Below the pieces are notes generated by a model. The model saw only the letters and a list, made by a program, of their open reading frames with translations, did not search any database and was not told the DNA's origin. Positions 25,836 through 35,262 of a DNA stretch of 64,000 nucleotides are shown here, piece by piece. Every line of letters starts with the position of its first letter. Within the stretch, counting starts at the first letter, position 1. The position numbers and the translations under genes were made by a program. Source of the DNA: an uncultured Candidatus Saccharibacteria bacterium. Its GTDB lineage: Bacteria > Patescibacteriota > Saccharimonadia > Saccharimonadales > JAUPVS01. Where the stretch lies: positions 144,860 to 208,859 of the forward strand of contig CAYPFM010000001.1 of assembly GCA_964410185.1 (NCBI GenBank), in the 5' to 3' direction.

Positions 25836-28800
25836 ATGGCCGTTTACGACGACGAAAATCAAGACGACGAAAAAAACCCGCTAACCCCGAGTGAGCTGGG
25901 CGAACAGGAAGAACGGGCTACTGAAGACGATAGTAGCGACGGCGGCTCAGAGCTTGAACAAGCCGGTGGCGACCAAAAAGGTGGTCGCTTTTTTGGCAAT
26001 AAAACCGCTTATAATAAACGCAAGAAGGCTGATGCAGCAGACGCTGCCGACTGGGCCGATACTGAGGCTAAACTAGGTGGCATCCAGTCCGGGCTGGGTG
26101 AAGGTTCGGCGGGCGGTGGCTTTTATCGCAACGACAGCGAAAAAGGCTTTGGCGGCAAAAAGGGAAGTCGTAAGGCCGCTGCCAAAGGAACCTTTAGCAA
26201 CAAAAAGATGGTGGCCGGTGTTGGCGGCGGTGTCATTGGCTTGGTTTTTGGCTTTATGGCCCTTTTCAACATTCTACACACTTTTCAGATGGATCACTTT
26301 TTTAAGAATGTTGAGGCCAAAACGGCCAGCCGACTGTCAGCATCACTCGACAACCGTAATCGGAGTTTGACACAAGCCTACATAAAAATCCGTGCGACCG
26401 AAATCGAAGGCAGCACCAATAACGAAAACCTCTATTTTCGAGCCGGTAAGGTAGATACGGGCAACCCGTTGCGCGACTGGTACCACACCATGCGCACCAG
26501 TAAGTTCGAAAAGGATCTGTTTGAAAAACAGGGAATCCGCTTCACCAGCATGGTCGACAAGGACGGGCGCATAAGTATAGCCAAAATTCAGGCTAATGAC
26601 CCGGAGGCGGCGGCAAAACTGAGCGCCAAGGACGCAAAAGGCGAAGGTCTTACCGAAAAGAACTTCAGTACACGACTCAACAATCTTGACCCCGAGCAAA
26701 TGGAAAAGTTATTTACCGTGCAGTCCTTTGATAGCCACAAGGCCGCCCGAAAGTCCGTCAGAGATGTCGTTAATGCCGACATCCCTTGGTATAAATCATT
26801 CAAACGACGGGCGATTCGTAAAGATATCGCAAATATGACAGGGATAAAAAGCTGGCGACTGTTCGAGACTAGTCGTGACAAGCTCGCCAAAAACAAGCAG
26901 GACATCAAGGATCGCCTGCTCAATAAGATTGTCGACAAATACTATTCCAACAACCCCTCCAGCGCCCAATTTATGAAGTGCATATTCTCCAATGGTCGCT
27001 GCGCAAATGGCAGTGACCCGGCCAATCCGGACGAACATGTCGTGGACCCGGCCCACGGATCGGCGCCCGACGAATTGGCCGACGCTGATGTGAACCCAGA
27101 TACAAAAGACGCGCTTGGGCAAAAGGTAAAAGGAGAGACGTTGGCCACGGGCGAGGCTGGCACCGAGGCTAAAAAGGCCATCGAAGGCGTTATAACCACT
27201 GAGGCAGCCCAGGAAACAGAAAAGGTTGCCAGTAAATTCACCCTCCGACAAAAACTCGTTCTGGCAATCGTTCGGACTATGACCGGTGGTACTGTGAGCG
27301 ATGCAATACCCTTCAATCCCACCAAGGTTTGGACATATGCCAAGCGCATTGCCAAGGTCCATGCGATGATTGGCAGCGTGGCTGGCGCGAGCAAGTTGAT
27401 GAATATGGTTAGCAACGCGCGGAGTTCACAACTCCAAGGCATTTACGCTACCTTCCAGATAGCGAGCGACCAAATGAAGTCCGGTAAGCTTGATAGCGCG
27501 GAGTTAAACGACTTCTTTGACCAGACAAAAAACATCGGCAACACCGAAGGCTGGTCGGCCGTCGATGGCCAGCTCAAAACCACGACTGTCTCGGCCGATG
27601 CCGTGACTAATCTTGATAAAAAAACCTTCTGTGACCCAACGCACAAACGCATCCCGAACGAATTTGCCTGGTTCTGTGATAGCGAAAAGCCAAACGGTGG
27701 CGGCAACGCCACAACCATCACAGAAGCCTACAACAGTACTGTTGGCCCTATCGCAGCCCCAATTGCCGACGGGGTTGGTGCTGTACAAGATAGCCCGATT
27801 GGAACGGTTGTTGACTGGGTATCCAATACTATCGATGGAGTCATCGGTAAAGTGGTTGATCCGGCCGTTCAGGCTATTATGGACAATACCGCCTTTGGCA
27901 AAACCGTTAGTGACTTCATGGGAGTAGCTTTATCAAAGATGTTGGAGTTCTTGGGTGCTAGCCCCTTGTTTGCTGGCGACAATCCCGGGCTAGGTAACTT
28001 CCTGGTGGCCGGCGGTGCGGCCTCAGCAGAAAGCTCTACGCGTAGCTCGGGCGGCATAAAATCAACCCCTAAGAGCCTATCGTACAGCAACAAACTGGCA
28101 GCCGATTACAAAAAAGATCAGCTAAACAAGCAGTCTGTCGTTGAACGATACGCCTCACTCGACAACCCGGACTCTTTGGCCTCTTCCACCTTGTTCGCGG
28201 TTGCCAGCAATCTTAACTCGTCCCAGCTTATTACCCGCCTGGGCTCAGCACTGAGCAACCTACCCGCAACCCTGGGCAGCATTGTGAGCGGCCGCGTCTT
28301 TGCAGCCGACACACCAAAGCCCGCCTCGGCAGTGGCTGACTGGGCTGGTGTTAATAAATACGACATCCCTCAAGCCTGCCTCGACCTTGACCCGCTTGAC
28401 CCAGACTACTTAAGTAAAAGCTCCAACGTCAGTACGATTGGCCTATCCCCGCAAACACTCGGCTTTGATGTTATGAAGGATGGCGATCAATTCTGGAAAG
28501 CCGTCTATGATAAGCTCGGTGATTCGGGTGATGCCCAGGCGCAGGCCGAGAAAATATACAATTGCGCGCTATTTGATAATCGTGCCATGGGCAGCCTCGG
28601 CTACACGTACGGGTACGACAAAGACGGCGGGTACCCAGACGGTGGCTCTCAGGCGGGCGACACCACGGCGGCCGCTCAAACAGGACCAACCGGCGGGCCT
28701 TTGTCGTGGCCCGAAAACCCAACCAACTCGATCTCACAGTGCTTTGGTGGGCCTGCGGGTGGACCACCAACCGGCCATCCGGGCGTTGACATGTTCGCCG

Positions 28801-29144
28801 GTGAGGGCACGCCAATTTTTGCAGCTCAAGACGGTACGGTTGTGGCAGCATACGATAGCGGCCCAACCAACTATGGACCAAACTATGTTGTAATCGAAGG
28901 AACGAACGGAATCGGGACAAGTTACGGCCACATGAGCAAGATGCTAGTTACACAGGGCGCCAAAGTAAAACAAGGCGATAAGATTGGTGAAGAGGGGAAC
29001 CTCGGCCTGTCGAGGGGCTCACACCTCCACTTCAACGTCTTCCACACTCCATGGGCGCGTAACGATTCCCAGAATATTGACCCCTTCAAGAATGGATTAA
29101 CTAAACCCGCCACAGCCAAGGGTACGAGCTGCCCAACATCATGA
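25836..29144 (+). CDS. Giant membrane-anchored protein (1102 aa) with a C-terminal M23 (LytM-type) metallopeptidase domain
   Basis: Acidic/Gly-rich N-terminus, one TM (MVAGVGGGVIGLVFGFMALF), a ~800-aa unknown region, then GHPGVDMFAGEGTPIFAAQDGTV...YGHMS...GSHLHFNV (HxxxD and HxH M23 motifs). Confidence 0.75.
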   Translation: MAVYDDENQDDEKNPLTPSELGEQEERATEDDSSDGGSELEQAGGDQKGGRFFGNKTAYNKRKKADAADAADWADTEAKLGGIQSGLGEGSAGGGFYRNDSEKGFGGKKGSRKAAAKGTFSNKKMVAGVGGGVIGLVFGFMALFNILHTFQMDHFFKNVEAKTASRLSASLDNRNRSLTQAYIKIRATEIEGSTNNENLYFRAGKVDTGNPLRDWYHTMRTSKFEKDLFEKQGIRFTSMVDKDGRISIAKIQANDPEAAAKLSAKDAKGEGLTEKNFSTRLNNLDPEQMEKLFTVQSFDSHKAARKSVRDVVNADIPWYKSFKRRAIRKDIANMTGIKSWRLFETSRDKLAKNKQDIKDRLLNKIVDKYYSNNPSSAQFMKCIFSNGRCANGSDPANPDEHVVDPAHGSAPDELADADVNPDTKDALGQKVKGETLATGEAGTEAKKAIEGVITTEAAQETEKVASKFTLRQKLVLAIVRTMTGGTVSDAIPFNPTKVWTYAKRIAKVHAMIGSVAGASKLMNMVSNARSSQLQGIYATFQIASDQMKSGKLDSAELNDFFDQTKNIGNTEGWSAVDGQLKTTTVSADAVTNLDKKTFCDPTHKRIPNEFAWFCDSEKPNGGGNATTITEAYNSTVGPIAAPIADGVGAVQDSPIGTVVDWVSNTIDGVIGKVVDPAVQAIMDNTAFGKTVSDFMGVALSKMLEFLGASPLFAGDNPGLGNFLVAGGAASAESSTRSSGGIKSTPKSLSYSNKLAADYKKDQLNKQSVVERYASLDNPDSLASSTLFAVASNLNSSQLITRLGSALSNLPATLGSIVSGRVFAADTPKPASAVADWAGVNKYDIPQACLDLDPLDPDYLSKSSNVSTIGLSPQTLGFDVMKDGDQFWKAVYDKLGDSGDAQAQAEKIYNCALFDNRAMGSLGYTYGYDKDGGYPDGGSQAGDTTAAAQTGPTGGPLSWPENPTNSISQCFGGPAGGPPTGHPGVDMFAGEGTPIFAAQDGTVVAAYDSGPTNYGPNYVVIEGTNGIGTSYGHMSKMLVTQGAKVKQGDKIGEEGNLGLSRGSHLHFNVFHTPWARNDSQNIDPFKNGLTKPATAKGTSCPTS

Positions 29145-31030
29145 TAAAACGACATATTTACCGACTAACCTTGGTGATTGTACTCGCGGTACAAGTCTTT
29201 CAGGTTGGCCACCCCGCGCTTGTCCACGCCGACAACACATACGGCATTAACAGTGTGTTTGGTGACACAACCATGTTTGACCCCAACGACGTCGGTTGCT
29301 CCAATACCGCCCCCGCCCCAATAAGCAACAAAGCCGGCCTTGGCAGCGGTTCCAATCTGTATATTTTAGGCGACTCCATTACCGCCCGTACAGCTAAAAA
29401 ATACAAAGAAAGCTTTGAGGCGCCTTCGACCAACATTACTACCGAGATTAGTGCGCGCGTGGGCCGCTCATGGACAACTCCTGGTCAAGAAGACACCTTT
29501 AACACCGGTAAACAAGGGACGGGCAAAGAGGCTGCTACGGCCGACAAAGACAAGATTGCTGCTGCCAACGGGATTGTGATCGCTCTCGGTACAAACGGAT
29601 TTGGTCAACAAAACAATATTGAAGATATTATTACCACCATCCGTACCATGAACCCGTCGGCTCCTGTTTGGTGGGTCAATACTGCCGTTGTTAACCAGGC
29701 TAACGTACCGGTCTTCAATAAACTGCTCGATGTTGCTGCCTCGGCTGGTAAGTTTTCTGTCATCAAATGGAGTGAGACTGTTGACCCAGGTGGGGATGGC
29801 ACACACAATAAGGCCAACCTGATAGATACGGATGGCATACACCCGAACGCTGACGGTGTTACAAAACTAGCCAGTCTTGTGGTGTCGACCGTAACCGGGG
29901 GAGTGACCACGCAACCGAGCGGGGGAGGTTCCTGCTGCCCAACAGCGACCACTGTCAGTGCAGACACAACAGGGGCCGAGAACGCAAAAATCATCTTTCA
30001 ATATCTTGTGGGCAAAGGGCTGTCTGCCGAACAGGCGGCCGGAATATTGGGCAATATGCAGAGTGAGTCACACTTTGAGCCTCGGCTTGTACAATACGGT
30101 CACGCTAATTCACGAGGGGAAATTTCGGCCCCTGGACAGCCATCTAGCCTAGATGACACCCCGCCGCCGGGAGCAGATTCCGGCTATGGCATCGTCCAGT
30201 TTACGCCGGGTACAAAAATCCTGCCTGCCGCCACCGCCTCAGGCAAAAAACCAGGCGATCTTGGTTTTCAACTGGACTTCTTGTGGGAACAGTTCCAAGG
30301 CTCCGAAAAAGGTGCATTCGCGGCCTTAAAAGCAGCCACAACAGTTCAGGCCGCTGCCGTAGCATTCGAGCTAAAGTACGAGCGGCACGCCGGTGCCGCC
30401 CAGCCTGACCGTGCCACCCAAGCCCAAACCTGGTTCGACAAATTCAAAGATTTGGCTGGGGTTACCACTGTTGCCTCGGGTGGTTGCGGCAACAAGGCTC
30501 AGGCAAACAACGGCTCATTCCACGGCTACTTCCAAACCGACGCGGAGTGGAAGAACATACCCTACGCCTCGAATACGGTCGGCAGTTCTGGCTGTGGCGT
30601 AACCAGCCTGGCCACAGTTATTAGCACCCTCACCGGCGATAACTCCATTACACCAGCCACAGTTGTCAAAGAAATAAGCGACAACGGCATAGCCCCGACA
30701 ACCGTGAGCACAACGGCCTTTTCGGCCATCCCCGAGAAACACTCACTCCACACCAAAACGATCTTTAACATGGCCCAGTTCCAGGCTGGCCTTGACGAGA
30801 TAAAAGCGTCGGGTGGCACAAAACTCATGATTATGAATGTTCGACCCGGGTACTGGACCACCGTTGGCCACTACTTTGTGGTGCGTGGCTACGCCGAAGA
30901 TGGCAAAGTCCAGGTGCACGACGTTGGCGAGAGCACCGCCAGACACCCCAAAACAGACAAGACCTATGACGTTAGCTTTATGACGGGCTCCGAAACAAAC
31001 CCTATTAACTTCTTTATAATATCCAAGTAG
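29141..31030 (+). CDS. Secreted three-domain hydrolase: SGNH/GDSL esterase, lysozyme-like (phage-tail-lysozyme type) and C39-like cysteine peptidase
   Basis: Signal peptide (ALVHA-DN). SGNH blocks LYILGDSITA, ALGTNG and DGIHPN. Then AAGILGNMQSESHFEP...GYGIVQFT. The C-terminal SSGCGVTSLATVIS...VGHYFVVRGY gives a Cys/His papain-like pair. ATGA overlap with the upstream gene. Confidence 0.65.
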   Translation: MIKRHIYRLTLVIVLAVQVFQVGHPALVHADNTYGINSVFGDTTMFDPNDVGCSNTAPAPISNKAGLGSGSNLYILGDSITARTAKKYKESFEAPSTNITTEISARVGRSWTTPGQEDTFNTGKQGTGKEAATADKDKIAAANGIVIALGTNGFGQQNNIEDIITTIRTMNPSAPVWWVNTAVVNQANVPVFNKLLDVAASAGKFSVIKWSETVDPGGDGTHNKANLIDTDGIHPNADGVTKLASLVVSTVTGGVTTQPSGGGSCCPTATTVSADTTGAENAKIIFQYLVGKGLSAEQAAGILGNMQSESHFEPRLVQYGHANSRGEISAPGQPSSLDDTPPPGADSGYGIVQFTPGTKILPAATASGKKPGDLGFQLDFLWEQFQGSEKGAFAALKAATTVQAAAVAFELKYERHAGAAQPDRATQAQTWFDKFKDLAGVTTVASGGCGNKAQANNGSFHGYFQTDAEWKNIPYASNTVGSSGCGVTSLATVISTLTGDNSITPATVVKEISDNGIAPTTVSTTAFSAIPEKHSLHTKTIFNMAQFQAGLDEIKASGGTKLMIMNVRPGYWTTVGHYFVVRGYAEDGKVQVHDVGESTARHPKTDKTYDVSFMTGSETNPINFFIISK

Positions 31031-31035
31031 GCCAT

Positions 31036-31482
31036 ATGAAAAAGACTCCAAATCAAACCAAAGTATACGCCGCAATCGTCTTGGGAGCCCTTTGTTTTAT
31101 CCTGCTGTTTTTTATTATTCTTCGGGGCCAGAATAAACCCGCCCAAACCACCCAGACGGTCGGCAAATCATCCTACCAATCGGACCCCCGGAGCTATCCG
31201 GACTATAAGGCCGACGAGAACAGCCACCTAACCATCCTTAACCCAGAGAAGCTTTCTCCTCCGCTCGAAAAGACCGTTATACCAACCGTCGAGGGCAGCC
31301 TTCGCGGCAAAATCTACGACATTGACTCTTCACTACCAACCGTTGCTTCTGTTGTCAGCAAGCCGAAGCAAACCGGGAACAACGTCGCTTTCGATATTGT
31401 CACGGACGCCAACCAGAGCCGGTTCACGGTCACCGTTGTCTCTGATGGCAGCAACGTAACAGTTAAAAAGATAAGTAAATAG
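31036..31482 (+). CDS. Hypothetical N-terminally anchored protein (148 aa)
   Basis: One TM (VYAAIVLGALCFILLFFIIL) plus a ~110-aa external domain. It lies 5 nt after the preceding gene. Confidence 0.5.
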   Translation: MKKTPNQTKVYAAIVLGALCFILLFFIILRGQNKPAQTTQTVGKSSYQSDPRSYPDYKADENSHLTILNPEKLSPPLEKTVIPTVEGSLRGKIYDIDSSLPTVASVVSKPKQTGNNVAFDIVTDANQSRFTVTVVSDGSNVTVKKISK

Positions 31483-31487
31483 GGGGG

Positions 31488-32807
31488 ATGGCTATGTACG
31501 AAGAAAACCAACCGAACAAGCTCCTCAACCTCGTCCTTGCCGGGCTTGCCGTACTAACCCTGGGGCTCGCTGGCTATCTGATTTTTTCGTGGATGTCTTC
31601 ACGGCCAAATACCCAGATCTCTAAGCCCTTCGCCCAGAACATCAACTTTCCCGCCAAAGCCGATGAAAGTCATCTAGTTTTCTATACCGGCCACGGTTTT
31701 GCACTCCTCGACACTACCTCACACCAGACCAGCCAACTTGGGGCAACAAGAATTCTCCCCACCACCCCAACAAGCGTGCAATGGGCAAAAAACGGTGCCT
31801 TCATACGAGCCGCCAACTATACTATTTTTGACGACCTTGGCAGCAAGATTGCGCCAAAGTATTTAGGTTCCGTCCAAAAGCCCAGCTATCTTTGGTACGT
31901 ACCTTTCACTGGCAACCCCGTAGTAGTCGATGAGTTCGTAGAAAGCACATTTGCCGATACCGTGAACAGCACGGTCTACTACACCACGCGCAGCGACGAG
32001 GGATACACCATCAGCATGTTTGACGCCAACACGAATACCAGCAAAGTGATTGTAGAGGGGCAGGGTACAGCCGTTCCGCGCGTGGTATATGGCTCACAGG
32101 GAATCGCCTATGCCCTGGTTCAGTCTGGCGACCGCGCCACCCAGCTCATACGATACGGAAAGTCAGGTTCGCCTGAGGTTATTCAAGAAAACATACTCGG
32201 CACGGGCGGGCAGGGCGCTGGCGAGAATACGGCCTTCGTTATGCCCTCGGATGCCTACGCAGTTTTTGTACGACCAAACAACAAAACCAGCGAGCTGGTG
32301 ACGTATAGCTTGAGCACCCGCAAAACAAAGGTGTTGGTGAAGGATTTTTCCGGGACCATCAATATCTCTGGGGAGCAGGTGTTTGCCAACGGTCACAATG
32401 GTGATAATCTCGTGTTCACGCGTATCGATGGACCGACCAGTACGCAACGCTACATCGCCAGTCAGGCCGGTGGCAGCATATCGAACACCTTTGGCTTCGC
32501 CACCAACCTCATAACGGTTAACCAATTAGCTCAGGCAATGACCGTTAGCAAACAGAGTGGCGACACAAAAAACCTGCCCGAAATCAAATCAACCGGTCTT
32601 GAAAAAATCATCGATAAACAGCACCTCGGCAAGCAATACGACCTATCAATTGACCTTACCAACGCGGCAACAGGGAACACCTATATAGCCAATATCTACC
32701 CTGATTATGTCAAGAACTCGACTCTTTTGATGGACGACATAAAGGCGGCCGGCTACGACCCTAACCAGCTTGTTATTAACTTCAACTACACGGTGCAACG
32801 ACAGTAA
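31488..32807 (+). CDS. Hypothetical N-terminally anchored protein (439 aa), beta-rich, possibly propeller-like
   Basis: One TM (LLNLVLAGLAVLTLGLAGYLIF). Repetitive beta-strand-like segments suggest a TolB/PD40-like fold, but this is only a guess. It is the last gene of the operon. Confidence 0.5.
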   Translation: MAMYEENQPNKLLNLVLAGLAVLTLGLAGYLIFSWMSSRPNTQISKPFAQNINFPAKADESHLVFYTGHGFALLDTTSHQTSQLGATRILPTTPTSVQWAKNGAFIRAANYTIFDDLGSKIAPKYLGSVQKPSYLWYVPFTGNPVVVDEFVESTFADTVNSTVYYTTRSDEGYTISMFDANTNTSKVIVEGQGTAVPRVVYGSQGIAYALVQSGDRATQLIRYGKSGSPEVIQENILGTGGQGAGENTAFVMPSDAYAVFVRPNNKTSELVTYSLSTRKTKVLVKDFSGTINISGEQVFANGHNGDNLVFTRIDGPTSTQRYIASQAGGSISNTFGFATNLITVNQLAQAMTVSKQSGDTKNLPEIKSTGLEKIIDKQHLGKQYDLSIDLTNAATGNTYIANIYPDYVKNSTLLMDDIKAAGYDPNQLVINFNYTVQRQ

Positions 32808-32808
32808 A

Positions 32809-33864
32809 CTAGAGCGCAATAACGTGGCTATGTTGGCTGAATTCGTGCTGCAAGAGGTCGGCATCAGTGGTGGTGATAAATGTCTGGTAGTTCTGCATAA
32901 GCTCTGTGAGGGCTTTCCGTCGGCTACCATCTAGCTCACTAAATACATCGTCGAGCAAAAGCAGTGGTTTTTGGCCGCGCGCCCGTTCAACAATATCAAG
33001 CTCGATAATTTTGAGCGCCAAAAGCAAGGTTCGCACCTCGCCGCGAGAAGCAACCGTGGTGAGCGGTTTTTTATCAACAAAAACCTGGATGTCCTCGCGG
33101 TGTGGCCCTGCGCCGGTGAAGCCTCGCAACAGATCAAGCTCTCGTTCGCTTTCCAGCCGCTTCAAAAAGTCCGTAGCATAGCCGTTAGGTCCGGCTGCCA
33201 CACCATACTCAAGCAAGAGGCTGCCACCTTTTTTGGCAAGCTTCGAGTAGGTTTGGTTTATGTGCTCATTGATCGTTTTTACCATCTCTTGGCGGGCGAC
33301 AACGATTTTTGATCCCAGCTCGCTGAGCCGGATATCCCAAACAAACAACTGGGTTTGGGCGCTCTGTCCGCCGTTTTTTAGCAACCGGTTACGCTGTGCG
33401 AGCACACGCTTGTACTGCCGGAGTACCGCCGCGTAGCTCGCGTCGGTTTGTGCGATAAGTTCATCTAAGAAAGTTCGGCGCATTTCGGGCGATCCGTTTA
33501 GTATGCGCAAATGGTCTGGTTCAAAAAGCACCGCGGGGATTTGTCTAGCCGAACTAAGCCGTGTGAACGTTTTCTCGTCCAGCTCAAAGCTTTTGTCTAT
33601 CTTTTCAGGGCCGGTGAGCTTTAAACGAAGTACTTGTTGCTTTGGGCCCATTTGCAGGTCAACCCGGGCCCAGGCGGCGCCTTCATGAACTAGTTCCGTA
33701 TCTTTGGCGCGATAGGATTTGCCTTTTGACATCACGAGGATTGCCTCGAGAAGATTCGTCTTGCCGCTGGCGTTTGGGCCAACAATAACGTTCACGCCGT
33801 CTTCGAACTCAAACGAAGCGTCTTTGTAGGAACGAAAGTTCTGGAGGCGAATGTTGGTTATCAT
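32809..33864 (-). CDS. recF: DNA replication and repair protein RecF
   Basis: MITNIRLQNFRSYKDASFEFEDGVNVIVGPNASGKTNLLEAI (Walker A) and C-terminal LLLLDDVFSELD (Walker B). Confidence 0.9.
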   Translation of the reverse strand: MITNIRLQNFRSYKDASFEFEDGVNVIVGPNASGKTNLLEAILVMSKGKSYRAKDTELVHEGAAWARVDLQMGPKQQVLRLKLTGPEKIDKSFELDEKTFTRLSSARQIPAVLFEPDHLRILNGSPEMRRTFLDELIAQTDASYAAVLRQYKRVLAQRNRLLKNGGQSAQTQLFVWDIRLSELGSKIVVARQEMVKTINEHINQTYSKLAKKGGSLLLEYGVAAGPNGYATDFLKRLESERELDLLRGFTGAGPHREDIQVFVDKKPLTTVASRGEVRTLLLALKIIELDIVERARGQKPLLLLDDVFSELDGSRRKALTELMQNYQTFITTTDADLLQHEFSQHSHVIAL

Positions 33865-33904
33865 AGCAACCTCATTGTACCGCCTAAAGCCACCTAAGCG
33901 GCCA

Positions 33905-34996
33905 CTAGCTCTTTAGGGGCATAATAATGTGCGTGTAGTCATCCTGGCTGCTGCCGCGCAGCACACAGGCTTCAAGCTTGCCGTTGAAACAAAAGTCGAC
34001 GTCTTCGTCTTGGATAACACCAAGCGCGTCGAGCAAGTAGCGCGAGTTAAGCGTAATTTCGCCACTGCCTTGTACCTTGGCGGCTGCCTGGGCGGTGTTC
34101 TCGCCAAGCTGCGAAGCAATCGAATGGATACTAATGGTTTGTTTTTCTTCGTCAACCTTAAAAGTCACGCTGCCGGCGCTTTCGCGGGCAAACAAACTAG
34201 AAACCTTGGTAATATTACTGAGCTCGCTCTTTTTAATAAGCGCCGACGTGGTGAACGAGGCGGGGATGAGGCGCTTGTAGTCAGGGTAATTACCTTCGAT
34301 CAGGCGGGTAACCAATTCGACATCATTCACCTTAAACAGTACCTGCTGTTCATCATTAACAATCTCCACGGTTTCGTCGTTGTCGCCAAGAACTCGCAAA
34401 AGGTCGTGCATGGCCGTAGCCGGCACAAGGAGGTTGGTGTTTTGCTTGGTTGGCACGAGGAGCTTTTCTGCTAGGCGGTAACTATCAGTGGCGGCGAGGT
34501 ACAGATTGTTTTTGTCAGTATGGAAGTAAACTCCGGTTAACAAAGGCCGAGATTCGTCGCTAGAGGCCGCCAATACAACTTGCTGCAAACTCTTTTTTAA
34601 GCCCGCTGCGGGCAGGGACCAGCTGGTGCCTTCGGTAATCGCCGGCATAACAGGGAAGTCCTCGGCGCTGACGCCATTAATAGTGGATTGGTATTTTTCG
34701 GTCGATACATGGAGCTTGTGGTCTTCGAGCTCTAAACTAATCGTTCCAGAAGGGAGGCTGCTGACAAAGTCTTGCATCAGGCGGGCAGGGACGGTGATCG
34801 AACCTTCTTGAGCAACTTTGGCGCCAACGTAGTGGGTGATGGCAATGTCTAGGTTGGTGGCGGCGATGCTTAGGCGGTTGTTGACCGTCTTCAACAATAC
34901 GTTAGAAAGGATCGGTAGGGTAGTGCGGCTGTTCGCGATTCGAGCTACGTTAGCGAGAGCCTTATTCAAATTTTCTTGGGTTACTTGTAGCTTCAT
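33905..34996 (-). CDS. dnaN: DNA polymerase III beta sliding clamp
   Basis: MKLQVTQENLNKALANVARIANSRTTLPILSNVLLKT; 363 aa; located between dnaA and recF. Confidence 0.9.
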   Translation of the reverse strand: MKLQVTQENLNKALANVARIANSRTTLPILSNVLLKTVNNRLSIAATNLDIAITHYVGAKVAQEGSITVPARLMQDFVSSLPSGTISLELEDHKLHVSTEKYQSTINGVSAEDFPVMPAITEGTSWSLPAAGLKKSLQQVVLAASSDESRPLLTGVYFHTDKNNLYLAATDSYRLAEKLLVPTKQNTNLLVPATAMHDLLRVLGDNDETVEIVNDEQQVLFKVNDVELVTRLIEGNYPDYKRLIPASFTTSALIKKSELSNITKVSSLFARESAGSVTFKVDEEKQTISIHSIASQLGENTAQAAAKVQGSGEITLNSRYLLDALGVIQDEDVDFCFNGKLEACVLRGSSQDDYTHIIMPLKS

Positions 34997-35262
34997 CTAT
35001 TACTCCTTATATATTTGTAGTTATCGTTATAGTAGGGGGTGTGGAAAGTGGGTATAAGCCCGAAATAACAGGGGAGAGAAGGCGGTTTTGGCTGTGTAGA
35101 AGCTGAGTAAATAAATAGTACAAAAGGTCGGATAAGTGGGTGGTTGTGCCCAGGAAAATTTTGGCGGCAGGGAAGTGGTCGCACAAGTCCCCTGCTCCCC
35201 CACAAGTTTTACCAGTTGGGTGCACAGTCTTTCCACAGAGCTTTACCATATTTTGCCGCAAA
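34997..35262. promoter_or_regulatory. dnaA-dnaN intergenic region with an AT-rich tract and two inverted DnaA-box-like 9-mers (candidate oriC part)
   Basis: TGTGGAAAG at 35040..35048 and CTTTCCACA at 35229..35237, each 2 mismatches from TTATCCACA. AT-rich TCTATTACTCCTTATATATTTGTAGTTATCGTTATAG at 34997..35033. Confidence 0.45.

Noticed and set aside
26343-27788. Multiple long antisense ORFs (for example 26796..27362 and 26942..27442) inside the 1102-aa M23 gene, and similar ones inside valS, the lectin gene and others.
   Set aside because: They are shadow ORFs opposite long, well-supported genes, with low-complexity Ser/Arg/Leu-rich translations and no start context.
14677-32807. Reading the T4SS-like locus as an integrative conjugative element or prophage, given that tRNA genes lie 1.5 kb to its left.
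   Set aside because: No integrase, excisionase, relaxase, coupling protein or replication genes are present, and no flanking direct repeats bracket the locus. By eye, base composition looks like the surrounding housekeeping genes, and the right border is recF. Not fully excluded without whole-genome context.
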